DNA of 64,000 nucleotides from Azolla caroliniana (lineage: Eukaryota > Plantae > Polypodiophyta), in the NCBI GenBank assembly GCA_043228905.1, contig JBHGNT010000001.1:15004001-15068000 (forward strand). The letters run 5' to 3'. A model generated the notes under the pieces. The model was not told where the DNA came from and ran no database searches. It saw only the letters and a program-made list of their open reading frames with translations. Both the position numbers and the translations under genes were made by a program. How positions within the stretch are numbered: the stretch's first letter is position 1; every line of letters starts with the position of its first letter. Of the stretch, positions 52,100 through 64,000 are shown in pieces.

Positions 52100-52470
52100 C
52101 ACTCTACCCCTCCATATACTTTTCTCAATTTTATTATACCCCTCCCTCTATTATTTTGACATTTTTAATTCCTACCCTTCCTCTCCTCAAAATATTGGAT
52201 ACCCCTCCCCTTCTTTTCTCCTAAATTTATTCTACCCCTCCATCTACTTTTCTCAATTTCATTATACCCCTCCCTCTATTACTTTGACATTTTTAATTCC
52301 TACCCTTCCTCTCCTCAAAATATTGGATACCCCTCCCCCTTTCTTTCTCCTAAAATTCATTCTACCCCTCCACCTACTTTTCTCAATTTCATTATACCCC
52401 TCCCTTTATTACTTTGACATTTTTCCTACCCTTCCTCTCCTCAAAATATTGGATACCCCTCCCCTTTTAC
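52100..52470. repeat. ~3 tandem units of ~127 bp
   Basis: AAAATATTGGATACCCCTCC recurs near 52189, 52317 and 52443. Confidence 0.85.
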
Positions 52471-52768
52471 TATTTTTTCCATACCCCTACCTCCTAGTTT
52501 CACTCATACCCCTATTTCCTCCTAGTTTCATTTATACCTCTCTCCTACACTTTTATTAAACCTAATCTTTAGATTATATTCACCCATTGCCCCTCTCCTC
52601 GATTTTTATATATTTTAAACATTACCCCTCCCCTTAACCTTTCTTTTTAGTAGCTTTATTTAGGGTTTGCCTTACGGCTTTGTGAAGAGTGCGAGTCGAT
52701 ATACCCTTTCTCTCTTCTCTAACTCCTACCTCTCTCTCTTTTCCTTTAGCTTTCTTACTTTTTATCCT

Positions 52769-52809
<41 letters not shown>

Positions 52810-53288
52810 ATTTCTCTTATCACAATATACCCTCTCTCTCTCTCTCTACGTTTCTCTTATCACAATATACCCTTTCATTTTCATATTCCTTTTTTAGTCT
52901 TCTACCCTCATTGATCTCTCGCCTTTTTTTTGCTTACCTTACCCCTCTTCCTTTTTTCTAAACCCTTAGCCTCCTCTTTGTAAGTCCCTTCGTTTTCTTT
53001 TTACTCTTTCTCCACCTTTCTATTTTTTTATATTTCTACCCTCACCCATGTTCTACTTTTTCTTACCCTACCCCTCCCATCCTCTTCCTAAATCTATAGC
53101 CTTCACCTTTATTTTCCCACACATGTCTCTCTCCCTTACCTCTCTCCTCTTTCCTTTCTCTCTCTTACTTTTTCTAGTTTACACACACATCTCTCTCCTC
53201 TCTCTCGCCTTTTGCTCTCTCTTAATTTTTTCACGTTTTCCCACTCTCTCTCCTCCTAGATCTACTCACTCCCCTTATGTCTACTCAT

Positions 53289-53324
<36 letters not shown>

Positions 53325-53597
53325 TCCCTTCTCATCATCTCACGTAAGCCTTGTTTCCCCCTCTCTCTTAATGCCCCTTATATTTCCTCACTTTTTACAT
53401 TTTATATCCTAAACTCTCCCTTTTCTTCTTATCCCTCCTTTTACAATATAACCTCATACCAAAGCCTTCCCCTTATCACATTAAAGCCCATAAAATCCTC
53501 TTCCTTCTTCTCCAAATCTTTCCCCCCCTTTCAATCACATCCATAAGCACAACCCCACTCCCTATTGTCATTTCTCTAAAGCCACTCCAAAAACTCC

Positions 53598-53606
53598 CTA
53601 TATAAA
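53598..53606 (+). promoter_or_regulatory. TATA-box-like motif just upstream of the hammerhead
   Basis: CTATATAAA. Confidence 0.45.
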
Positions 53607-53619
53607 CCTATCCACCCCG

Positions 53620-53680
53620 AATGGTCATGGTAGCACTGATGAGCCCCGTAGGGGGCGAAACTAGTTTGCTCATGACCATT
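53620..53680 (+). ncRNA. Minimal type I hammerhead ribozyme
   Basis: Stem I AATGGTCATG-(GT bulge)-AGCA / TGCT-CATGACCATT; core CTGATGA (53636-53642); stem II GCCCC-GTAG-GGGGC; GAAA (53657-53660); stem III AC-TA-GT inside the palindrome AAACTAGTTT; predicted cleavage after GUU at 53666. Confidence 0.9.
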
Positions 53681-53959
53681 ACCCATCGTATTGTAATTGT
53701 TTCCTTTTTTTAATGAAAATTAGTCTCCTTCTTAATCTCTCCCTCTTTCTAATCTAGACTATTTAGCTTATGGTTATGTTTTACCTTGTTTCTAATTTTA
53801 ATGTTAGTGATTAATCCCTCGTCTCTCTCTCTCTCTCTCTCTCCCTCCCCTTCCTCTATCTCTTATTATGCCTCACTTACACCAAGTTTGTCAAATGATT
53901 TGGGTGTGCTCAAATTATTCTTGGTGTTTCTTTTCTCTTTATCCCCTCTTGCACTTAAT

Positions 53960-54082
53960 CGTAAACCCTTTTACCCTCTAAACCCTAAGCCCAAAACAAA
54001 CACTAAACCCTAATTCTTAAACCCTAACCGTAACCCTAAACCTAAACCAAAACTCAAACCCTAATTCCTAAACCCTAAACCT
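53960..54082 (+). repeat. Cluster of degenerate plant telomere-like repeats / telo-boxes
   Basis: About five AAACCCTAA plus AACCCTAAA variants on the C-rich strand. Confidence 0.7.
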
Positions 54083-54170
54083 TTTTTTCTCTATAACTCT
54101 ACATCTTACATATTGCACCCACCGATTGCCTACCGTCCGCACTCCTTGTTTCGACTTCACGGTCCAATTG

Positions 54171-54374
54171 AAAAGAGGTTATACGGATTGAAGCAAGTCC
54201 CCTGGCAATGGTACTGGAAGTTCGACTCCTTCATGATGGATCAAGGGTACCACAAGACGCAAGCCGATCATTGCGTGTTTGTGAAGAAATTTGACGGAGG
54301 AGATTTCTTGATATTGCTCCTGTACGTGGATGACATGTTGATCGCTGGATGAGACCAAGTCAAGATACGAATGT
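54171..54374 (+). repeat. Right copy of the 204-bp target duplication
   Basis: Matches 51530-51733; the copia-5 RT continues after it. Confidence 0.95.
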
Positions 54375-55705
54375 TGAAGAAGGTCCTAAACCGGACTTTC
54401 TCAATGAAAGATTTGGGTCCGCCAAGATACACATTAGGGATGCACATAATCTAGGACTGGTCGGAGAAGTTGTTGTGGTTGTCACAAGAGAAGTACATGA
54501 CAATGGTGCTTCAAAGGTTTAACATGTCAGAGGCGAAACCGGTCGGAAAATTGCAAGTTGTCCAGAAAGTACTGGAACGGGGGAGTAGTCAGCTGGTTCA
54601 TGACCAATCCAGGAAGAGAGCACTGGAACGCGGTCAAGTGGATACTCCTGTATCTGAAGCGCGCCTCAAGTATGTTCCTCTGGTTTGGCTCTGGTAAACC
54701 CCAACTTGACGAATTCACGGATTCAGATATGTCAGCTTATGTGGATACCAGTCGATCTACATCTGGATATTGCATGACTTATGCAGGGGAGCCGTATCAT
54801 GGCAGTCGAGGCTGTAGAAGTCCGTTGCACTATCGACAATGGAAGCGGAGTACATGGTAGTTGTGGAAACCGGCAAGGAAGTAATGTGGATGAAGGACTT
54901 CATCGGAGAGCTAGGGATCGGATGGGAGCAATGCCAGCTCTACTGTGACAGTCAAAGTGCCATCCACCTTGTGAAGAATGCAGCCTACCATTCCCGAACC
55001 AAGTACATCCAGCGCAGGTACCATTGGATCCGGGAGAAACTAGAGGACAAAGACTTCGTACTGATGAAGGTTCACATGGAGGAGAACGGGTCGGACATGC
55101 TGACCAAGGTGTTGACAACCGAGAAGCTAGACGTGTGCCGATGGCGGATCAGGCTAACGAGACATCCCATGCCTGAGTGAAAGGGGAGATTGTTGGGATT
55201 TCGGTCCCTCTGGATGGGATCCCATTGAGAACCAGATGAAGGAACCGGATTTGGAAGGATTCCGGATAGAATCCGGAAACCGGATCGGATGGACCTGGTG
55301 AGAACCAGAGTATGGAACACATTTGTAAATATGTTAGAGTAACCCAAGTGAGGCTAGATTTGTAAATAGCCCTAAGGTCATATGAGTATAAATATGACTT
55401 AGGGAAATCACAGAATGTGGTCATTATTATTCTTGTACAGAGAGAGAGAGTGTGTGTGCAACCGAGTAGCTACGACCACTTTCTATTGTAACCACCGTCT
55501 GGCGAAGATCGCGAGCACGAGGTCGTTGCCTCTGTGTTTGCACTTTATATTTCCTCTCATATGGTGATAGTTGGAATCCGTGGGCTCCTGTGGTTTTTCC
55601 CATTTAGGGTTTTCGACATAAACATCCTGTGTCATCTCGGTTTTAGTCTGTTCTCTTCTATTCCTTCTTGAAAACTCAATTGTGGCCGAGCGTTATTTCA
55701 GCACA

Positions 55706-56556
55706 GTTCCGATGTCGTGAAGGGTCTGAAGATTGAGGACGAATTGGAGACAACCAATTCGGACAAGAGCTAGATTGAATCGGAGTCACCCAACTCGGAA
55801 GCGGTGCTTGATTCGGAGGAGCCGGATCAACTGAAGGCCAAACAAACAAGGAGGCAGCAGAAGTCGACACCGGCACGGAGCAACTGACGGGTTGAGACGC
55901 GCTGGATTCATGACATCAAAGGAGTTGAGATGCGCCTTCTGAGTAGACAAGCCGTCCGAGAAGGTCGAGGTATGCGGGACCGAACGGGTCAGGTAAAGTG
56001 GAACCGGATGGGACGTGAGCGCGAGCAAGACGGGAAGATGCCAGGTGGAGCCTGAGCTGAGGACCAGCCACCACAAACACAGACATTGCGATCAGGCATC
56101 ATTTTGAGCTTGAGGGGGAGTGTGGAGCAGACAAGCTCAACCAAATCCATATCGGCTGAATAAGAAAGAGCCGGATCGGTGCCCAGAACGAAGAGTAGGA
56201 TTGGTGTACAGATGGTAGCCGGAACCAGGAGCCTGATCAAAGAGCCGGATCAGATTGGAATCGGTAGGCCATTAGAGGCCTATGAATCTGGCCTAGTATG
56301 TAGGCATATTTTTGGGAGTTAGTGTCAATTACTCGTATGACCATTGAAGTACTTGTCAGTACTTTTGTCAATCCGTGTAAGGAGTTGTATAAAAGTTCTC
56401 ACTTAGCACATTGTAAGTACTGAGTGTTGTTAGTTTGAATTGAGTTTATTCTCTCTATCTCTCTTGCGTATTCTCTATTCTTAAGCTTGCATTCAATGTT
56501 CCTTCTCTGTTTATTGTTGTAATCCGCACGAGCCGGTTTGTCTACAAGCTTCCGCA
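55706..56556 (+). mobile_element. 3' tail, PPT and 3' LTR (56121-56556), probably of copia-4
   Basis: SDVVKGL tail; PPT TTGAGGGGGAG; LTR TGTGGAG...CTTCCGCA. Confidence 0.8.
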
Positions 56557-56569
56557 CGCTATTCCTAAC

Positions 56570-57300
56570 ACTTCTCAATGAAAGATCTCCGTCTTGCAAG
56601 ACAAATATTAGGGATGCATATAGTCCAGGACCAGACAAAGAAGCTATTGTGGCTATCACAAGAGAAGAAGTACGTGACGAAGGTGCTCCAACGATTCAGC
56701 GTGGCGGATCGACATTTCTGGAAAATTGTAAACTATCTAGAAGACAGAGTCCGAAGACAAAGGAAGAGAATTCGGACATGATGAAGATATGATATTTCTC
56801 TATTGTCGAAAGTATGATGTACGCAATGGTGTAAAACCGGCCAGATATCGGATATGTAGTCGGAGTGGTCGGCCGGTTCATGAGCTATCCGGGAAGAGAA
56901 TAGTGGACCCCGCGGTCAAGTGGATACTCTGGTACTTCAAAGGAACCTTGAGTATGTGCCTCCGATTCGGCTGAAGTAAATCCCAACATGAAGAATTCAC
57001 GTATTCAGATATAGTCGGTTGATGCGGATACCAACGAGTCTACATCCGGATATATCATGACTTATTCAGGGGGAGCCGTATTGTGGTAGTCGAGGCTGTA
57101 GAAGTTCGTTGCACTGTCGATAATGGAAGCGAAGTACGTGGTGGCTCAAGAAGCTGGCAAAGAGGTATTCTGGATGAAGGACTTCATTGGAGAGCTAGGG
57201 ATCTGGCAGGAGGAATTCCGGCTCTACTATGATAGTCAAAGTGCCATCCACCTCACAAAGAATGCAGCCTACCACTCCCAGCCCAAGCACATTTACAGGA
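56570..57300 (+). pseudogene. Copia RT/RNase H fragment (copia-5 family)
   Basis: MKDL..ARQILGM and DSQSAIHLTKNAAYHS motifs. Confidence 0.8.
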
Positions 57301-57337
57301 GAAGGAAGAAGATAAAGAGTTCTTGCTTAAGAATATG

Positions 57338-60300
57338 TGCGGAAGCTTAACACACACAACCGGGTAACTATAGACAAAAGACAAAGAGGATGCGGAAGGT
57401 TTAATGGAAAACTTAATCAATACAGCATACGTGGGAGAGACAGAGAGAGTAGAACACACAAAACAATACTCTAAAACTCTACTCCAAAATAATACTCTAA
57501 AACTCTATTCCAAAACCATACTCTAAAACTTTGTACATAGGATGTGCTCAGAGAGCACTTTTATACAAATCCATACTGACTGACGAAAGTACTGACACGT
57601 ACTTCAATGCTCATCAATGAGCTTCTATACTAACTCCCAAAATATATTCCTTTGTAGAATATCTATCCAACGACCTTCCAGTTTACGCAACAGCCCGACC
57701 TCTCGTTGCGCACCCGGTTTACGCACCCAGTCTACGCACCGGTTTACGCACCAAATGTTGAGCTTGTATCTCAACACTCCTCCTCAAGCTCAACTTGAAG
57801 TTCCGCATGCTCTTCTGGATCTTCGGTTCGGCTTCTCCTGGCTTCACGCCTCGCTCGCGCTACTCGACCCATTCGATTCCACGCGTCTCGACCCTTTTGG
57901 TCGGTTTGTCTGCTCATGCGGCCATTCTCAGCTCCCTTGCTATCGTGGTGTTGGCACCTCTTCCACTGCCCTTTCCTCCGCTTGGCATTCAATTTATTCG
58001 ACATCCCTGAATTGAACATTCAAACCGAATCGGCTATGATTCTCCGATTCGTTTCCACTCTTGCCCGAATTGGTTGTCTCTAATTCGTCTTCTGTCTTCA
58101 GGCCCTTAACCACATCAGACCATGTCTTGGTCTTGGCCTTCTCGCCGTCCTTGGCTTCAAGTCCCCCTTGTTCGGCCGACTCCGGCTCTTCTCTTCGGTT
58201 GCTGCCCGTGTTTCCACCTTCAGATTCTTTAGCCGACCCGAAATCGAATTCTTCATTTGACTCAGCGTCGCGGTCACTTCCACTCCTTTCCTGCTCCCTT
58301 TACTAGTCTTTTCTCCCCCTCAAGTTCGTCATGTCGAGCTATCGCAAACCCACTGCACCCGAAATTGCCGCAACTTGTCGAGACCAAGGGGCTTGGTGAA
58401 GATGTCGGCAGTCTGCGGATCCGTCAGAACATATGCTAGTTCGACTTCACCGGAGAGGACACGCTCACGGGAAAAATGGTAGTGCACCTCAATGTGCTTG
58501 TTCCGCTCATGGAAGACGGAGTTTTTTGCAAGTTGGATGCTGCTCAGGTTGTCGGAGTAGATCATCGTCAAAGTCGACACCACCTGCAGATCCTTGAGTG
58601 GCCTCTTGAGCCAAATGGCTTCGCATGTCGCGATTGTCGCTCCTCGATACTCAACCTCCGTGCTCGACAATGCAACTGTCGGCTGCTTCTTGCTGCTCCA
58701 AGCAATTGTGGCACTCCCAAGCGAGAAAGCGAACCCAGATGGGGATCTATGATCGTCGGCGTTTCTGGCCCAATCGAAATCCGACTAACCGATGAGTTGT
58801 TCGGCAATAATGGTCCAATATAGTAGCGCCCTATCCTTAGTGTTGCAGACATAGCACAATATCCTTTGCGCACACTAAAGGTGTTTCGCCGTGGGCTGTG
58901 ACATAAATTGACTGATTAGAACGACTGGGTAATGGAGATCCGATTGAGTGATTGTCAAATAAATTAGTTTTCTGACAATCTGTCAGAACCGTGTCGGGTC
59001 GCACGCCTTTCCCAAATGTCGGCGAAGCTTGATGTTTCTGTCCAAAGGAGTTGAGATGGACTTACAATTGGCCATCCCGAACTTGAAGAGAATACCCAGC
59101 ATGTAATGTTGTTGGCCGATCAGTATGCCTTCGAGGGAGTTCTTAAGTCGGTATACCGCTGATGTGTTCTTTCCGGACTAAAATCCGAGGGGTTGTACCA
59201 TGTACACCTGTTCCTCAATTTCTCCTTGCAGAAACACACTCCATCTTATGTAAATGTCACCCCTTTACCGTGGCTACCTCAAGCAGGATAGGGACGGTTG
59301 TCATCTTCATGATAGGCGCAAAGGTCTCATCGAAGTGGGTGTCGTGTTGCTGTGTGTATCCCTTTGCCATTAACTAGGCCTTGTAGCGGTTGACAGAGTC
59401 GTCGGTGTTGTACTTGTCCTTGTACACCCACCTACATCCAATCAGCTTTATACCCTTCGGGGCGTCAACCAGGTCCCAGGTTTCTTTTTCCGCTAATGCG
59501 TGCATCTCTTCCTCCATTGCGGCATGCCAAGTTGCATCCTTCGCCACTTCTGTGTAGCTCTCCGGCTCACGCACTTCTGCCACTCATGTCATGTACGCGT
59601 AATGATGCGCCATGTACTCGTTGTATCTGAACCGCACCACAGGGTTCTTCTAGCAGGTGGATCGACGTAATTGCTCATTAGCTGATTTTGAGGCCCTCTT
59701 AGCAGACGCAGACTTTGTTTCCGAAGGTCCGTCTTCGTTCTTCTCTGAGTTGGATTCACTTCGATCTAACTGGTCTTTATCAGTGTCATACTACTGCATC
59801 TTCTTCTTTCCCTTTTGTTTGCATGTAAACTGTCTCCTCGACTTCGTACGCGGGGATTGCAAGGCCAGGTCTCCACTACTCACTGGCTCTGCGTCTAACT
59901 AGTGATGTCGACACAATCGCTCATTCGGCCCACTTAGCCTGAATGAGATCGGACTCTCTTTAGGAGCTTCGATGTCTCCTTTTTCCCGAGGCATTTCAGC
60001 CTCTCTAACCTCTTCGTTAGAGATCAGAATGGAGTCCTCAGGGGTTGGAGGCGAAGAGAAGTACCACGACGCAGACTTATGTGAACTTGTTTGGTTCGGG
60101 GGTTATAACACTTATAACCCTTCTGTTCGTCTACGTAGCCAACTGAGATACACTTCTCGGCTTTGGCATCCAACTTCCTCCCTTTCTCTTTCGGCACATG
60201 CACCAATGCGATGCTATCGAAAACCCTCAAGTGTGCCAAGTTCGGCTTCTTCTTCAACTACAACTTATGTGGCGACACTCCTCCATTGGTAGATGCCCGA

Positions 60301-60643
60301 TTTTGGAGGTAGATAGTTGTTCTAATCACTTTGGCCCAATAGAACTTCGGTAAATGCTTCTCTTCAAGCATTGCCCTTCCCACCTCCTCTATCGTCTGAT
60401 TCTTCCTCTCGATCACGTTGTTCTACTAGGACGTGTATCTACAAGAGAATTCGCGTCGAATTCCCTCCTTCTTTAGATAACTCGAGAACTGGTTGGAGAA
60501 GTACTCCTTACCACCATTAGACCTTAGGGACTTGATCTTTTGCCCAGTTTCCCTATCCGCAAGTCTCTTCACCTTCAAGAAACACACAAAGACTTTGGTC
60601 TTTTTAGTGATCAAGTACGCCCAAGTGTGCCGAGTGAAGTCAT
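57338..60643 (-). mobile_element. Copia-7 (copia-1 family), 3' portion, interrupted by gypsy-D
   Basis: 3' LTR 57338-57776; PPT; KTWSDVVKG tail; RNase H SSTEVEY and ADIFTK; RT WHAAMEEE; integrase DFTRHTW. Confidence 0.88.
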
Positions 60644-63600
60644 TGTTAGCCAACCGGCAAGGAGTGGAGGGTAGTCTAGAATGTGAAAGGGCAGGATTTA
60701 TTGGAAGATGTTATTAGAATAATTATTAATTAAGTATATTTTGAGAAGTGAACGGACGGACCAGAATCGGTATGCCGATCCGGATCCGGACCGGTTCATA
60801 TTAGTGTGCCGGTTGGCACCGTTTTGTATGCAAAGCCGGTGATCTATAAAAAGGCCCGGTTACATTGTAAATGAGGATGGATAATTAATAAAGCTCTATT
60901 GTCTTATCTCTTTGTATTGATTACCGTTCTGTGCTAATTGCCTTCTATCTTACGTGTGTATTAAGATTCATGATATGTTGATTAAGTAGCCGATTGAGGT
61001 ATGATCAATTGTTAGTCTAAGTTACCTTGCCGTAACACCCTTTGGTGAAGTGTCTTTCGTAGACACTGTTAGGCTATTGTTCAGCCCTTAGGAGTAACAC
61101 AGTTTTTGGCGACCACGACTCCTGCATAAGCGCAGCGAACAGCGGCGGGAATGGATGACTGGACCAACCAGCGGACCAGCTACAGAACGAGCAAGGAGAC
61201 TCGCTGAGCGATTGTGGAAGCGAGAGGCCTTCCAGCAGGCGGCAGAAGTGATTCGTGAGGATCAATCATTTTCCAAAGTGATCCGGCGAGTGGCCAAGGA
61301 GTCACTCCGTTTGCAACAAGATTTCCACCCCGATGAAGGAAGCAGCTTAAGTAGTATTCGGGAAGCAAAATCCCTTCTGCAGGCATTAGATGCAGGTGAA
61401 GGTGATTCAGAACCGTTTTCGGCATTTGAATCAGAGTCGGACAGCGAATATAGTGCTCATTCCAATCACCGCAGCAGTCACGACACCCCAGTCGAACCGG
61501 CGGACGAGGAATCAGATACCTTACCGACACTAGAACCAAAATTGACAGAGCTGGAAGCCACAGATCGGCCAAGGACTGAGCAAACCCCGACCCCCGAAGC
61601 AGAGGAGGAAAGACCTCCCATAGAGGAAGAAAGACCTCCGACGGAGGAGGGGGAGAGACCTCCGACACCACCAGCCCGCGTTCCAAGAATGGACGACGAC
61701 ATGCCGTTTCAATATCCCAAGTACCGGAATGATACGGGTGCAGAGGCCCACGTCTATGCATTTCAGCAGACCTGGGAAGCGAATCATGTGTCACAACGCT
61801 TAACCGCAGTCGAAGCAGAACGCTCAAAGATGGCGGAGTTCGGCATGACCCTGGAAGGGCCCGCCGCCAAATGGCGCCTGACGCAAGATCCCAGCACCAT
61901 CACGACATTTTAGGCATTGAAAACTAAATTCTTACACTTTTTTCACAAAATGGTCAGCCTATTTTAAACCATCCGCCAGGAGCCCACGGAGAACATTCAA
62001 CAATTTGTAATCCAATTACAACCAATGCACAGCCAGCTTAGTCATGCACCAACAGAGGAAGAGACTAAGGCGATATTCCTAGCAACACTCCGAGAACCCC
62101 TACAAACGGTGTGCACAGTCATTGATTTCCGCACGAGTTCCGTCAACCAGGTCATAGACCAAGTCAAGGAAATGGAAAACTCCAGCTCGTGGCTGACGAT
62201 GGGGGCACTCCAACAAACTTTACCAACCGATGAAGACCTCCAATTTCGACAAGAAATTCAATGTAAGACTTGCCTGAATGCCGGACACTCGGCGTTGGAG
62301 TGCACCATGCATTCTCAATGCTTGCTTTGCTATTTTAGAAACCACACAATGGATCGGTGCGAGTATAGCTTGTTGAATCGGCAAGCACCACCGGTCCGGC
62401 AAATCGAACCACAGAGCAACCAGGAGGAGGAAGAAGAGCACTGGTGGGGAGAGGAGCATTACCGGCCGGCCCAAGATGTCCGGTACAGTGATCGACGAGA
62501 CGCTTATGACTGCGACTGGTATGATAGATATGATAGAGATCGGGACTATAATAGGGAACGGAATGAGCGGTACAACCAGGATCACTCCCCCGGTTACAAC
62601 CCACGAAGGGAGGACTATGGCAAGTATGATGACCGGCCCCGACAGGATTACCGGAACAAAAAGCATTTCAACAAAAAATGACATTTCAATAAAAAAGGGG
62701 ATCACCAACAGGAGCCGGATAAGGGTACACGAAGCACCCAACCAGACCAAGGCCAAGCACTTACAACAGGATCTCAACCGGGTGTCGGAGCGAAAGCAAA
62801 ATCCAGCAACACCCAGAAGGCTTACTGCTACTATTGTCGACAAGAGGGACACTACAGTAACCAATGTTCGGCGAAAAGCTATGATAAGCGACCAGCGGTA
62901 AACATGGTGGTAGCGGAAGTCGCAAACATACAACAAGGGACCACGAGGTCAAAAGGAAAAGCAACGGAGTGGGAAACCCAAGAAGCCATCCGGAAGCAGG
63001 CCATCGAATGGGTAAAGAAGGCAAATGAGCGGAATGTGGCAGAACTGGAACAACAAAAGGAGAATCCAGAGGAGCACACCGGTAATGGCCAGGCAGAAAA
63101 CCCAACATGGCAGACATTGCAAGAATGCCAAATCACGCTGCCATTAGGACGGCTATTGCAATTAGTACCCTGGTTTATGGAAGGACTGAAGACAGGAATG
63201 ACTGCAGTCGATATGCCACCGGCGCCGGCGTTCTTTTCTAATCCGGAGGAAGGACCGACGGTAGTGGACACGAGCAGTCCGGCTATCATAGCCATCGTCA
63301 AGGGACGAGAGCTACCTAGAACGATTATAGACGGAGGATCTGTCGTGAACGTGATTAGCCTCCGAACTTGTAATACCCTGGGACTATAGGACTAGGAGTC
63401 GTGCCCATTTTGCCTCCGGATGGCGGACACAAGTTCAGTAAGACCTACCGGATTGATACGAGATTTGGAAGTGACTATCGGAGGTCACACATTCCGCATT
63501 TCGGCATTAGTCCTCCAACTCAATGCACAAGGGGCATACCCACTGTTACTGGGCCGCACATGGCTAAAAACAACGCACATCAAGCAAAACTGGAGGAAAA

Positions 63601-64000
63601 CCATAATTACTTTCCGGCACGGCAAAGCAAAAGTACGAGTACCTACACAACCACGTTCGAGTACCGGCAAGGAGCTAACACCGTTGTATGCGAAATGTGT
63701 CAACATGCTTGAAGGATTGGCTGATGAAGAGGTCAATCAATACTTACAAGAGAATCCAAAAATTGTACTTTTATTTGAAATTGAAGTGGTACCATATATA
63801 ATACAACTGGAGGATGCCGATGAAGAACTAGATAAAGAAGCCATCAGAGAGTTACGGCAAGCGCAGGAGGCTTTGGAGAAGGAATTGGCAGTATCTGAAC
63901 GCGTAAAAGCCTCTCAGCTAGAAGAGGTAAACCTAGGCACCGCAGAAGACGCAAGACCGGTTCACATCACCAAAGAAATGACTCCAGAAAGGAAGAGGGC
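60644..64000 (+). mobile_element. 5' part of a Ty3/gypsy element (gypsy-D), related to gypsy-A
   Basis: LTR TGTTAG...GTAACA (60644 to ~61099); PBS TGGCGACCAC (61107-61116, tRNA-Arg-like); gag EFGMTLEGPAAKW; zinc knuckle CYYCRQEGHYSNQC; protease IIDGGS; runs off the window. The expected TSD is GTCAT. Confidence 0.9.

Larger units (their letters stand above)
51734..54170 (+). mobile_element. Non-coding, ribozyme-bearing insertion (putative non-autonomous Penelope-like or retrozyme-like element)
   Basis: Interrupts copia RT between 204-bp direct repeats; strongly pyrimidine-rich; contains a hammerhead ribozyme, a TATA box and telomere-like repeats; no credible ORF. The class assignment is inference. 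Confidence 0.65.
36060..55705 (+). mobile_element. Copia-5, carrying three nested insertions
   Basis: Truncated 5' LTR 36060-36294; PBS TGGTATCAGAG (36298); gag from 36324 resumes at 43208; protease WVVDSGAS; integrase 44380-45209; RT 51000-51733 and 54171-54700; RNase H to 55180; PPT GAAAGGGGAGA; 3' LTR 55191-55705. Confidence 0.9.

Noticed and set aside
51798-53546. Many F/L/S/P-rich ORFs
   Set aside because: They are artefacts of pyrimidine-rich low-complexity DNA.
53960-54082. True or healed telomere
   Set aside because: The repeats are interspersed and degenerate rather than a tandem CCCTAAA array, and lie inside an insertion.
54130-54170. Possible second hammerhead on the minus strand (GAC-CGTGAA-GTC-GAAAC)
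   Set aside because: There is no CUGANGA core and no NUH site or stem I.
51734-54170. Helitron, TIR transposon or twister ribozyme interpretation of the insert
   Set aside because: There are no TC...CTRR ends, no terminal inverted repeats and no twister consensus, and Helitrons make no TSD.

Overview
This is repeat-dominated eukaryotic nuclear DNA from a land plant, probably a non-seed plant (inferred from the Gypsy types, telo-boxes and the dirigent gene). Nearly all of it is nested, decaying transposons: seven Ty1/copia copies, four non-chromoviral Ty3/gypsy copies, solo LTRs, LINE fragments and a hAT-type MITE, many with readable target-site duplications (TSDs). The only convincing host gene is an intronless dirigent-family CDS at 21954-22538 (-). 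Two features stand out. (1) Three Gypsy subfamilies have no polypurine tract (PPT); instead a conserved ~40-nt mimic of a tRNA 3' end (T-arm, acceptor strand, CCA) abuts the LTR. It occurs in 5 copies and is complementary to the primer-binding site (PBS), suggesting non-canonical plus-strand priming. (2) A 2.4-kb non-coding insert at 51734-54170 carries a minimal type I hammerhead ribozyme and C-strand telomere-like repeats, and is flanked by a 204-bp duplication of the target. It is probably a non-autonomous Penelope-like or retrozyme-like element. All coordinates, counts and alignments were done by eye, with no database searches.
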